DNA from: Lingula anatina
Taxonomy: Eukaryota; Animalia; Brachiopoda
Length of the DNA stretch: 64,000 nt
Assembly: GCA_051362555.1 (NCBI GenBank)
Contig: CM120648.1
Location: 1,031,721 to 1,095,720, forward strand
Reading direction: 5' to 3'
The translations under genes and the position numbers were made by a program. Below, piece by piece: positions 43,701 to 56,398 of the stretch; the first letter of the stretch is position 1; each line of letters starts with the position of its first letter. Under the pieces are notes generated by a model. That model was not told where the DNA came from and did not search any database. It saw only the letters and a list, made by a program, of their open reading frames with translations.

Positions 43701-46700
43701 CTTACAACAGCTCGGAAGCAGTTGTAAATTTACGTGCATATTTACAAGAGTTTGTAACTTACAAACCTTCGAGAATACCAACTTACGTGAACGATCGGAC
43801 TTACGTGAAAAGTTACAAGAATTTGTAAGTTACAACCTTTCGAGAATACGGCCCCAGGTCATCTTTCATCTCCATGAATTTGGGGTCAATCGGTGCATTT
43901 TCACGGGAGTAGCGGCCATAAGATACCGAAACTGAAAACTGTCTCTAATTCGGGAACCGTTAATGCTAGAGACCCATTCTTTTTTGCATTTTGTAGAGCA
44001 TGTAAAGCCCAACACTGGAGGTGGTCTCGGTTTTTTTGTATTCCATACGGTTTTCGAGTTACTCTGTATCAAAAAGTACATATTGGTGGTAAAAGCAAAA
44101 TGTACAGTACGGTAATGGATAATAAATTTTGAACTCTGGAAAAATAAAACATAAGGCTTGGCAAAGCAGACAACTTGTGTTCAAAAATGACATTATTTCA
44201 TCAAATTTGAACTTCTGAAACTTCAGAGCACCTCCTATTTCAAGAATTTTGACCAAAGTGACATTTTCTTTATTTTAATTAATTTTTTCTGTACGAAATT
44301 TAAGGCACATTATGGTAACTCCAAAATTATAACATTTAGTCCCTTATATCTCCAAAACTGGCAGAGATAGGTCCACAGTTTCTATTGAACTTGAATAGGA
44401 AGTCATATACTGGCAATCTTACTATGACCTTGAAAGTGACCTTTGACCTACTTTTCACCATGAACTGAACTTTGCAAATTTTTCTTCCCTTTTATCTCCA
44501 AAACTGGCAGAGATAGGTCCATAGTTACTATTGAAGTTGAATAGGAAGTCATATACTGGCAATCTAAATGTGACCTTAAAATTGACCTTTGACCTACTTT
44601 TCACCATAAACTGAACTTTGCAAAATTTGCTTCCCTTTTATCTCCAAAACTGGCAGAGATAGGTCCATAGTTACTATTGAACTTGAATAGGAAGTCATAT
44701 ACTGGCAATCTAAATGTGACCTTAAAATTGACCTTTGACCTACTTTACACCATGAACTGAATTTGGCAAATTTTGCTTCCCTTTTATCTCCAAAACTGGC
44801 AGAGATAGGTCCATAGTTACTATTGAACTTGAATAGGAAGTCATATACTGGCAATCTAAATGTGACCTTGAAATTGACCTTTGACCTACTTTTCACCATG
44901 AACTGAACTTTGCAAATTTTGCTTTCCTTTTATCTCCAAAACTGGCAGAGATAGGTCCATAGTTACTATTGAACTTGAATAGGAAGTCATATACTGGCAA
45001 TCTAAATGTGACCTTAAAATTGACCTTTGACCTACTTTACACCATGAACTGAATTTTGCAAATTTTGCTTTCCTTTTATCTCCAAAACTGGCAGAGATAG
45101 GTCCATAGTTACTATTGAACTTGAATAGGAAGTCATATACTGGCATTATAAATGTGACATTCAAATTGACCTTTGTTCTACTTTTCACCATAAACTGAAC
45201 TTTGCAAATTTTGCTTCCCTTTTATCTCCAAAACTGGCAGAGATAGGTCCATAGTTACTATTGAACTTGAATAGGAAGTCATATACTGGCATTATAAATG
45301 TGACATTAAAATTGACCTTTGTCCTACTTTTCACCATAAACTGAACTTTGCAAATTTTGCTTCCCTTTTATCTCTAAAACTGGCAGAGATAGGTCCATAG
45401 TTACTATTGAACTTGAATAGAAAGTCATATACTGGCAATCTAAATGTGACCTTGAAATTGACCTTTGACCTACTTTTTATCATGAACTGAACTCTGCTAA
45501 TTTCTTTCTCTTTTAACTTCAAACTTGACAGAGATAGGTCCATAGTTACTCTTGAACTTGAATAGGAAGTCATATACTGGCAATTTACTGTGACCTTGAA
45601 ATTGACCCTTGACCTACCTTACGAAGAACTTAAATTTGATTGTACCATATATATTTTTTGCAATAGTTTAAAAATTCTTGTTGATTGCATTTTTACAGCT
45701 TGTCAAGCACAAAACTGGTGGCTGTGTCCCTTATTTTGTGTATGTGGGGGTCTATACGAATGCGCTTGCTCCAGCTGGTGGTACAATATTCGGAGGCGGT
45801 ATCGCCTCTCTGATCCTCTAGTTGGATATGTTAAAGTGTTTTTTAACATTTTCTGCTTCTTAACAATATTGTTAGTTAATTATATAAAAATGACGGTAAA
45901 CCTATTATCCTGCATTGTGTAATAAAGTATCAAAAATGGAAAGGAACTCATCATTGCAGTTCGTCAGATTCAATCATTCACTATGTTCAGAATCTCCAAA
46001 TGGAGCTAATTGGACATTATAAATTGTTCTATTGATATTTTTCCTATGTCAACAATTTTCCTAGTTGATCATTTAAAAATGACAGTTAATTGATGATGGT
46101 TTTATGTAAAAAAGGTGTTGAAAATGGAAAGAAAATCATTTCAGTACAGTTATCTCTTGTTAACATTTTGGCATTTTGAAAGTGTGACCCTAACTTCCAT
46201 GTCCTTGGAGACCTTTCCATATCACATTTTCTGAATATCCATGATACTTTTATTTTTTTATAAAAAATTTGATGGTCATTATGCTGTTAAGTATTATGTT
46301 ATATTGCATGAAAGTTAAAGAAAACCCTATTTTGGACACTGCTGCCAGGATAGCGATTAAGGGAAAACCATGTTACTTATGATAATCAACCTTACTGAAA
46401 AGAGTGAAGTGCAGCTTGTGTTGGAAAACCATCGTAATTGTTTTCTGTTTTGAAAGCAATGCAGTACAGTGCTATTTGGTGCAATAAATGTATATGGATA
46501 GTAGGCAGTTAATTCAGGGTTATAAAATAATTTGCTTAATTGATTTTCAAGTTATTTCAGGGTTATAAAATAATTTGCTTAATTAATTTTCAAGTGGGTA
46601 TTAAATGAGATTACATAAACACACATTGAGATTTCATTGTAAAGTCCCATCGGTTTAGCTTTCTTAACTGTGTCACATAATTAGGAATCGATGATTATTA

Positions 46701-48252
46701 TGCAGGTAAATGTTATTTAATATGGAAAATAAGTTTACAAAAAAAAATTTGTGTAACGCTTACATTAATGCTAAAGATGAATAACAGTGCCTTATTATTC
46801 TCAAACTCAATAGGGTTATTCATATCATGTTAGTAATTGTACAGCTAGATTAAAAGTTTGAATAGCAGCTTTATTGGTATTTTTTGTTATGTTTTATTTT
46901 ACATTTTCTTTTAATTTTTTTATGCTGTTTTTTCACTTTTTTCAACATATATGCAACATTAATAACACAATGTAAGAAAAACAGCTTAGCCAATTGTCAT
47001 TATACTCACAGGAGTGGTCAATCTTACAAAAATGCAGGTTGAGTTCAAAAATCAGTGTTATCGGGCCATTATTTTAGAAGTTGTACTGTTTTTTCAAATT
47101 TCCTCAGATTCAATTCTTAGGCATGTTAACAGTCTCATTATTGAACTAATAAGATACGTAAAAGTGTGTGTTTGATATTTCCTGCATCTTTACAACATTG
47201 TTAGTTGATTATGTAAAAATGATGGTAAACTTGTTATCATGTATTGTGTAATAAAGTGTCCAAAACGGAAATAAACTCATATCATTGCAGTTTGTCAGAT
47301 TCAATCATCCACATCTGCCATGATGACCATGATGGGAAAACCGTGTTCGTTATGATTGTCAAACTTTCAAAAAAGAAACACAGGACTAAAATGCAGCCCA
47401 AGTTGGAAAAGCAGTCTAATGGGCTTCTTTTTCTGGAAGTTATTCATTTTAGTGAAATATTCATTATCTTTTTGGCATATTCATTGTGGGACTCGGAGCT
47501 CCCATGGACATGAAGCCGGATGGTAATCAAATTTTCTACATGTTCATGCTATTTATAGTCAATAATCAAAAATTGGTGATAATTATCCTATAATTTATTA
47601 TGTAATGTTACATCAAAATTGACAATAATCTTTTTGCACTGCTACTGCAAACATTATGAAAAGAAAACTGTGTTATTTATTATTATATTTAACTTAAGAG
47701 TATGATTTTTAGGATTGGCATGCAGTTCAAATTAGAAAGCCAGGTCAATTGGGTTATCATTTATTATTGAATTTAATGCAATTTTGTGTGAAATTTCATT
47801 TTTCTCATTCTGGCACTTTCTAAGTATAAACTTGAACTCTGATGGGCCTGAAGCCTTATGCTTTTACTCTCATCGGTGTTACCTGTTGTGCAAAATTAAA
47901 ATTTGATGTTGACTGTGCAGTTAAACATAATGTATTATTGCATCAGAAGTGGTAGTCTCCTATTTTGTGCATTATTGTTTTGTGCTCTTCTTAAGTTGTG
48001 ACTTATGGGCCTGAAAGACCTTTGAGAGGGTCAGTCTATAAATTTCCCTTGGGTATCACTTCGCTAATTTCAGTTATAAAGTAATTTGCCTAATTGATAG
48101 GCTACATAAAGCACACTTGTGATTTGAGATTACATAAAGCACACTTGTTGATATTTCCCTGTAAACTCCCATAGGTTAAGCTCTCTGCTAGATTAATAAT
48201 AAGGAAGCAGTGATAATTATGCAGGTAAATTTTGTTTAATATTGCAAATAAG

Positions 48253-48336
<84 letters not shown>

Positions 48337-51300
48337 CAAACTGAAAGATTAAAAGTTTGAATAGCAGCTTCATTGGAATTATATTTACCTCTGCCAAGGA
48401 GGTTATATTTTCACCCCTGTTTGTCATCAACATAACTCCAAAAGTTATGGACCGATTTTGCTGAAATTTTCAGGAACTGTCAGAAGTGGGCCAAAGAGGA
48501 CAAAAATCAATAATAATCAACAATTGCTACCTTGGCAGAGGTCAGCACTTTCGGAGTGCTTTTCTTGTTTTGTTGTTTTCCTTTATAATTTTTTCTCAAA
48601 CACTTGCATTTGTGACTTTAAACTCTCATCCGCCTGAGATTCTGACATTTCTGTTTTTCCACATAAGCAGTTGTATTGTTTTTTATGTCTTTAAACATTA
48701 TGTTACTTATGTAATATTATTTTATGCACTGTCATCATTTTTCAAATATTGAGACTTACATCATGTGAATTTGAACTCTCATGGTCCTGAAACTGTAATC
48801 TCATTGAAAGGGTAGATTGAGACCATCTTCTGGGACTTCCAGAAGACAGTCAGGTTATTAAGTTTATATTGCCTGGTATCTATTTTTTCTTCTGTTGGAA
48901 GACCATCAAAATGGAGGATGGATCAAAATAGATACTTTGGAACACTGTCAGAAAATATCTCTGGGTCCGCTCATGTTATTGACCATTTTACCTGTTGTGC
49001 ATGATTAAAATTCAGTGTTGACTGACAGTGCTATTATAAGCATTATTTATTATTGCATCAAAATTGGCAAAATGACCTATTTTGCATCTTTATTTTCTGT
49101 TTTTTGTCTGTACATTTGACAGCTTTGCTGCCTTGTTGCACCAAACATATCAAATCATTTGTCTCTCAATTATTTATATATTTATCATGTTGTGAACCCC
49201 ATGGTACTGTTACAATATCAGGAAGTTCACCAGTACCCTAGACATGGCTGGCACCAAAGGCAGCCTAAAGAAAGCGGGGGATGTGAGGGGACAGTTCCGC
49301 AGCTGGCAGATGGACTACGTGTATAACGCCACATACAGAGTGAGACTGTCGTATCCTGGGATGTGAGTAGAGTTTTGAAGTAACCAGTGACTAAAAATTA
49401 GTCCATTATCTTATCATTTTGGCCACCAGTGTTCAAATTTCTACAGGCTCAAAGTAGAAATGGTGTACAGTGACTAAATAAATATTTTTTGGCATAGGTT
49501 CAGTTTTACAGGAATAAGGCTTAGGGCCATTGTTAACATTGCAGACTTGTTTAAGTCAAAAAAAATTTTTTTTTCTTTTTTGTCTAGTGGAGATTGCTGA
49601 CTTTAGCTGCCAGTGTAATGTTGACTTTGATGTAGTGGCCTTGTAATATTTCATAAATTATTGGTCCAAAATTCAATTTACTTGGCTTACATCATAACAT
49701 GTACCAAAATGGGCTATCGTCATGACTGAGAGCTTAAGTGAAAATCACCATCAAAATAATCTCACTTTCTCTCAACCCAGTAAAAATTGACCAGCTTTTA
49801 TTTTTTTCAAATTTCAGCCAGCGAGAACCCAGTGATCCATCCAACCTGGTGCGATTGATCAACTCTTCTTCTTCAGTAGTGTACACCTGTAAGACGTCTT
49901 ATAACACTCCAGTGTCTGACCACAGCAGTGGTAACCAAGACACCTCTCTTACCTTAAACTACATCCCATATTCACCTGCAGGAACAGCACAGGTAAGGAA
50001 AAGTTTGCCTCACCTGGTGTGGGTTTTGTCTTGCATGGCGAGTGTTTTGCCTCATTTTTTTGAGGATTTTGGTGTTCCTTTTGGGCACACTTCTTCAGTT
50101 TGTGAAGATTTTGGCTCACCTACTGAGGATTTGCCTCACATTATGAGGATTCTTTTACTTCACTGTGAAAATTTTGCCTTCGTTGGTAATGATCTTGTGA
50201 AAGTACCTTGTGAAGTCTGGTTTTCAATTTTGAAGTTGGACTAGGAAAATATATGGCAAGAAGTGTACCATTGTTGGCTTATTTCTCCATCTCTGTGTTT
50301 TTATCGACCCCCTAAAAGTAATATCAAAATCCACACAAACATCATTTTTCTTTTAGTATCTGTTATATTTAACCTCATTATGATTTTTTTGTATGAATGG
50401 GAAAAGACTGAAAAAATGAATTTAAAACACTGCATTGACTGTTATCTAGGAATCTGCAGAAACATTCCGCTGAAAATTAAGCCATATCTTACCCAAAACC
50501 ATTTAGCTAGATTTATCAGATGGATTGAGAATTTTTTTTGCTTCTGTCTTATATGATCAGGGTGACCTTGTGTATGTCAATTATGGACGCCCGGAAGATT
50601 TTCAAGTTCTGGAAAGCAAAAATATAAGCCTGACAGGAAATATTTTATTGATTCGATACAAAGATGGCAGCCCATTTATTGACTGGAGAAAATTGGTAAG
50701 TTACTGCTCATAACTTAATTGAATTCAAATTACTTTATACAGATTTTGATTAATTGATTATGATGGGAAAATAGTGGGTGAATTTCTAAAGGAAGGGTTG
50801 CCAGCACCATTTAGTAATAACAGTTAGTTTTTAGGAGTCACCAATTTCTGAAGTCATCTTTTTAAATTTTATTATGATACCCGAAGCCAACATCAACCCA
50901 AACTTTAATGTCTTCATATTCCTTTTGTTGAAGAACACAATCTCCACAAATTTCAACTGCAAAGAAAATATATAACCCAAAAACTAGGATCATACATGAA
51001 CAGATTTTTAAGAAACTGAAATTTCTTTAAATTTTAGCTTCTGAAAAAATAAAAACTTTTCTCGTCTTTTTTCAGCATAATTCTTTACAGGGTAAGAAAG
51101 TGTCAGGAATTCTCTTCTTTGCGGATCCTCAAGATTTCAACTACGGGGGTCACAGTAAATTGTACCCTGACACTTGGTGGTTGCCTGGCAACGTGACCCA
51201 ATTTAGAACGCTGTCTTTCACTGTTGGTGATTTAGATACTCCGTTTGAGCCTGCAAAAGGTAAGGTAAACTAACATTCATTGATTCAAATTTTAAAGCAA

Positions 51301-54065
51301 AACTGCAAGAATTTGATGTATTGAATTCTAGCATTATATTCAAGTATAGTAATTGTGAACTTATGCATGGAAACACTCAAAAGTATTTTCTGCATCTTTT
51401 GTATAGCTTAAAAACAAACTTGTGAAGAAGAGCAAAAACCTTATGATAAGAATAATGGTCAAAATCCCACAGAAGCTCTGAAAATATTTCCTCTTTCATC
51501 ATTTGTAGATTATATGCTAGTACAAGAAGATAACAAAAAGAGCCCAACAGCATTTGACCAGGTGGCCGAATTTTACCCAGACATTCCACTCCAGCCAATC
51601 AACTATCAGGATGCTGAATATCTCCTGCGGTATGTTAGGTTTTAGAAACAGTGAAGAAACTCATTTTGATAATGATTTCTATTTTTAGTGATTTAGTAAT
51701 CTTTTTTCTCTTTATGAGATGGGGTAAATACAATATGTATTGTAAAAGCTAAAAATTTGACTTTAAAAGTTTTTTTTAATTAGTAATATTGTTCATTAGA
51801 ATATTTGAGTCAACAGGAACTTGAGACAGAAGACATACATTTGTATTATTATATTATATTCTCCCATTTAAAGGCAGCTAACAGAGGGGGTGCCCCCAGA
51901 TGGATGGCGAGGAACTCTAGACACAAGTTATAATCTCTCCAAGCTAAAGAACAGCCAGTGAGTAGATACCTTTGAATGTTGACTCGCTTCAGTCACGTTA
52001 ACAACTGAACTAGTTTAGACTGCATATTGCAGCCAGCCAAATTGTTGAAGAAAGGGAGAAAAAGTAGGCTGGGGTTTTGATTTAATCTCGTCTTCTTCTT
52101 AGGTCAATTAGATCTCTATTTTTAAACTGAGTACAACTTGTATGAATACAGCGGAAGTGAGAGTAAACTACAGAATAGTGATGGTGTGATTTTTTTTATT
52201 TTGGAAAACATTAATTTCTAAATAATTCTTAATAATTTTTGTCCATTATTCCAGGAAGCTAAACTTGACAACCTTCAATGAGGAAGTGGTGAAAATGATC
52301 AAGAATGTCCTTGGTGTCATTGTGGGGAGGGAAGAACCTGGTGTGTACCTCTCCGTATAGAGCCTCTGTTTGGAAACAAGCTTCAGGAAAACATGTTTGC
52401 AATCGAAATGGAACCATCTGTTGCTTTAATATCAATAATTTTCATAAATTGTGATCACACAGAATTTCGACCTCTTTATTTCCTGATGTCATGTTTCGTC
52501 AGGAAAAAAATTAGAAACAATGTTTTGACCTGTGAACTGTTTTGGACCATTGATTTACTTCGTTATCATTTTCAGATTTTAGACATTCTGCAAAAATTAA
52601 CGATTTTGTTCAATTACTGACCAGTTGAAACCTTAGCTCTGCTGTCCTTAAGTTTGAACCGAGCGAAGAGTCATAGTAATGCTCTTCTGCTAGTTACTAA
52701 AATTAAGTTGACATGCCAAGGGATACATCAAATAAATCACTCGATCAGCCATAAAAGAGCTTTAAAACTGGACCTTCTTAAAATATTTGGTCTACTTATC
52801 TGGAAATATGAAACAATATCCCTTGGCATTTCTCTAAGTTATACTATTTGAAGCTATATGGTGGTATTTATTGAGTTTAGTGGCATAGTTGGGCTTTAAA
52901 TGCATCTTTATGGGCCAGCGGGCTAAACAAGTTTTAAATCAAACTGTACAGTCATGGTTCTTGTTGCTGCTACACCATACATTTTTCTGCACTCCATATC
53001 TCCCTGTAACATTAATTAAACAAAAAATATTGGTGTCTGAATTTCATTCCAGATCGCTACGTTATAATTGGCGCTCACCACGACTCGCTGGTGGAAGGTT
53101 CAATTACGCGGGGTTCAGGGCTGGGTATCGCCATGGAGCTGGCTCAAAAGTTCAGGGAACTTGCCCACAGTGGCTGGAAGCCGAGAAGGAGTCTTATTTT
53201 TGCCATTTGGGATGCAACGGAATTTGGCGCCATTGGGTCTACAGAATGGATTGAGGTAAGGGGAAAGGAATTATGGAAGATTGCAGTGAATTATTTTTTA
53301 TTCGTAGAAATAAAATACTCACATTTTACAGTAAAATTTATTAGACTAGTTCATTTCAGTATTGTGCAAATTAGACATTGTAGCAAAGCGAAATGATCTA
53401 GAAATATGATTTTTTCTGGAAATGTCAGCAATTTATCGCCAATGTATCCTTTCTAATAATGTTTAGTGAATTATAATATTCAAGCCATTTTGGAGCTGTT
53501 AAAGTGAAGCTTTTTATGTGATAAAAGATATCCATGTTACTCTATCTGCATTTTTAAATGCAGATAGAGTAACTTGGATATATTTAATAATAAAATAATT
53601 TAATAATAAGAGAATGACTCAAAAATAAAAAAGTTAAGTGTCATTGGTGAAATTAATTCATGAGAGTTTTGTCTTCTTTTTCTTCATGCAGGAATATAAA
53701 TTAGAATTATCAACCAGTACAGTGGCCTACATTAATTTGGATGCTGTGATAAGAGGCAAGTTAAATGTTATGATTTAAGTCTTTGAATGATTGTATGACA
53801 GATGGAAAAAATAGAGAAAAGAACTGCCTTTAAGTTTCTGAAAGTAGACCACACAGTGATACTAAACTCAGTTTACTAAAGGGTTATTGTATATAAGAAT
53901 ATTGCACTTTTTTGTGTATGAAAAATCTATATTTTAATTATGTATGGCTTTAAAAAAATCCGAGTCATCCAGTCAAAATTAAAAAAAAAAAATTTAGCTT
54001 GTTAAAATCTTTCTAATTTTTGAATGGTGCATTGAGATTTTATTGGATGTGCCATATTAAAATTA

Positions 54066-54101
<36 letters not shown>

Positions 54102-54352
54102 ATTATCTCCAGGCAATATATTCACTGCCACTGGTCATCCCCTGTTGACGGAGGTCCTCCATGCAGCCACTAGGGTGGTCCCCAGTCCAGACCATGATAA
54201 AACCAGTGTGTTTGACCAGTGGAGGAAGGACAGCAAGAAAATGGAGCCTGGGTGAGTTTTTTTTTTCTTTTGATTGTTATTATTTTTAATTCAACACAAT
54301 GTGCCATTTTCTCTTCACATCTATCTAACCCTTTTTGGTCGCCAGATTTGCA

Positions 54353-54383
<31 letters not shown>

Positions 54384-56398
54384 TTATTATAGTTACAATT
54401 GTTTTTATTTCCAGACTCCACCCCTACACAGCAAGTTCTGTGTTACTGTCTTGTACTGACTGTACAGGGTTTGAGATGGGCGTAGGAGCTCCCTCGTTAC
54501 AACTGGGTTATACATACCCACAGGTAGGTGGAGTGAGTTTGTGGCCATCTTATTAGTTTTCAATCTGTGGGGATTTTATTAGCATTTTAATATCTAGGTT
54601 TTTTTTTTTTTTAGGACAAAGCATGTAAAAATTGCTCTTTCCCACAGCCTTTTTTATTTTATTTTATTTTATTATTTTTTTAGTGCAAAGCATGGAAAAT
54701 TGTCCTTCCCCATAGCCATATATGGAGCCTACGTGCTCGACATTATTAACTAAATAGCAGGAAACAAACTTGCAGAGAACTTGTGAGGGGCCTCTCAGAG
54801 TATACTGATACAGGTTGTATCTCAGAAGTATACTGCTCAGTGTGAAAAGAGTCTGAGATGTAGTTTATTTATCTTAAGTGCTGAGAACTGTTCTTTTTTA
54901 CAGGAGATGAAGATCAAGAATTTCCCAGTCTTCCAAACATATTTAGACAGGTTTGAGTACCTCCATACTTTTATAGACAGAAACTTTACGCTCCACAAAG
55001 CCATTGCTGCAGTGACGGCTGATCTGGTTCTCCGTCTGGTTGATTCTGCTCTTCTTCCCTTTGATTTGACAGATTTTGTTGATGCCATGTGGACGGCGTA
55101 TAACACTACAGTTCTTATGCACAAGGAGACATTGACAAAGGACTTAATGGAAGCCATGAGTAAGTGAAAATGAAGTAGAATCAAGGCACAGTGAATCTAT
55201 GGATGGATTTGCAATATCCGTCTACAGCTGACTAAAGTCAGCATTTTATTCTCCGAATGCCTAGTCCTCTTGATGCTTATATATATTTATACATATTTGG
55301 CCTTTTTAACCTGTGAAAGACAACTAAGAAAGTTGCTGGATTTTATAAGAAATTACACAAAACCAGTAAAATTGAGGAGATGGAGAGGGTTGGTCTCCTT
55401 TTTAACATTTTAACATGCTCTCTTCCCTTCCTTGAATACAATTTATTGTCATCTTTTCTTTTTTTTTTTTTTTCAGATCATTTTAACAAAGCCATAGGCG
55501 ATCTCTCCAAAGCAGTGGCTCTGTTTCAAAAGCAAACTAAAAATATCACATCACTAAGGTAAGTGAACTGCTAATTGTGTAAACATTGGGCATTTATTAT
55601 AGTCATCAAAAAAGTTCCTCCATGGATTTTGATGAAATTTATAATAAATAAATATATATAATTTTTTAAAAAATAACATCTTTTCCGTGACCATGGTACA
55701 TGATCAGCCTCTTGAATATCTTTAGTTAATTTGTATTTTTTTATTTGGTAAAAAATCTTTTCCAATTTTTGTTTGCAGTTCGTTGGAACTGAGGCAAATG
55801 AACAACAAGCTGATGCAAGTGAGCAGGGCTTTGGCTGCACCAGAGATTTACTCTGCTGGTATGAACAGGAAAAAAACCTACATGTAAGAATAAAATACCT
55901 GACAATGTTCTTTGAAATCGTGTGGTTTGAGCATTAGACATTTCTTAGACACATACTAGCTGCAGCAGAAGTCACAAATGATAGGGATGATTCGTTCTGA
56001 ACACATAAAAAAGTGTTTAATACACAAACTGATTCCAAATATTTACCAAATATTTATCTGTTGCATATATGAGTACTTACAAAAAAAAAAAGCATTTCAT
56101 TCATGTAATATTATATGATATGATATATTCTTAATACTTTAATTGTTTTAGGGGCATGAATATCTTACCTGTAGCTATTGAAGAAAGTAATGGTGAACCA
56201 ATATTTCTGAACCTTCACCTGCAGTTGTTGGAACTAGAGAGCAATTTGGGAACCAACGGCCAGCCGAACAACACGGACGTCCTAAAGACGAGCTTCAAGA
56301 AGATGGCTGGCATTCACACTTGGAAAATCAAATCTCTTACCACTCTTTTTCACAATTCCGTCTGGCCCCACGAGCATGATATTGAGACAGATAGCTAA
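36247..56398 (+). CDS. Type II membrane M28B-family protein (GCPII/NAALADL2/transferrin-receptor-like), predicted catalytically inactive, ~821 aa
   Basis: Coding exons 36247-36346, 36987-37144 (TM helix), 37785-37861, 49222-49362, 49818-49992, 50561-50695, 51076-51259, 51509-51629, 51874-51957, 52255-52340, 53053-53255, 53692-53755, 54113-54251, 54415-54523, 54904-55159, 55477-55558, 55779-55883, 56152-56398; phases are consistent (2466 nt). Motifs: PA domain (YSPAGTAQGDLVYVNYGRPEDF), EEPDRYVIIGAH, GWKPRRSLIFAIWDATEFGAIGSTEW, AYINLD, LLPFD, C-terminal dimerisation helix (LRQMNNKLMQVSRA). Confidence 0.88.
37692..37768. repeat. (TTA)n(TAA)n microsatellite just before an acceptor site
   Basis: Direct reading. 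Confidence 0.9.
38285..39540. repeat. 161-bp tandem array (~8 units) inside outer HINE
   Basis: GATAACAC anchor at 38292, 38453, 38614, 38775, 38937, 39098, then more diverged units. Confidence 0.93.
40147..43854. mobile_element. Non-autonomous PIF/Harbinger-like DNA transposon nested in the inner HINE
   Basis: TIRs GGGCCGTATTCTC / GAGAATACGGCCC with subterminal TTGTAACTTAC-type repeats; 3-bp TSD CAG at 40144-40146 and 43855-43857. No recognisable transposase ORF. Confidence 0.85.
44345..45618. repeat. 146-bp tandem array (~9 units) inside inner HINE
   Basis: TATCTCCAAAACTGGCAGAGATAGGTCCATAGTTACTATTGAACTTGAATAGGAAGTCATATACTGGCAATC recurs every 146 nt. Confidence 0.95.
48254..48336. repeat. 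(TA)n microsatellite
   Basis: Direct reading. Confidence 0.95.
48384..48569 (+). mobile_element. Short HINE (third family)
   Basis: subTIR ACCTCTGCCAAGG (48387-48399) / CCTTGGCAGAGGT (48530-48542), 3' hairpin AGCACT-TTCGG-AGTGCT, end CTTGTT; T-rich flanks. Confidence 0.78.

Larger units (their letters stand above)
39638..45822 (+). mobile_element. Inner HINE (second family) nested in the outer HINE
   Basis: 5' subTIR ATTGTACCACCAGC (39638-39651) plus adjacent IR GCTGGCGGTACA, GC-rich simple repeat, 146-bp array, 3' subTIR GCTGGTGGTACAAT (45774-45787), hairpin GAGGCG-GTAT-CGCCTC, end CTAGT. The host sequence rejoins across it, judged against the uninterrupted paralogous segment at ~47120-47260. 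Confidence 0.82.
38181..49137 (+). mobile_element. Outer Helentron-associated element (HINE) filling the large intron of the M28B gene; hosts nested elements
   Basis: Inserted in a T-run; 5' subTIR plus IR hairpin ATGTACAGACACA-ga-TGTGTCTGTACAT (38181-38208), (GTCGCC)n microsatellite, 161-bp tandem array, 3' subTIR TGTCTGTACAT (49105-49115) followed by short hairpin CAGC-TTT-GCTG and CTTGTT. This is the DINE-1/HINE layout. Continuity over the full 11 kb is inferred. Confidence 0.7.

Noticed and set aside
44594-45573. Repeated ORFs (MVKSRSKVNF.., MTSYSSSIVT.., also at 13999)
   Set aside because: Translations of the 146-bp satellite with no domain signature.
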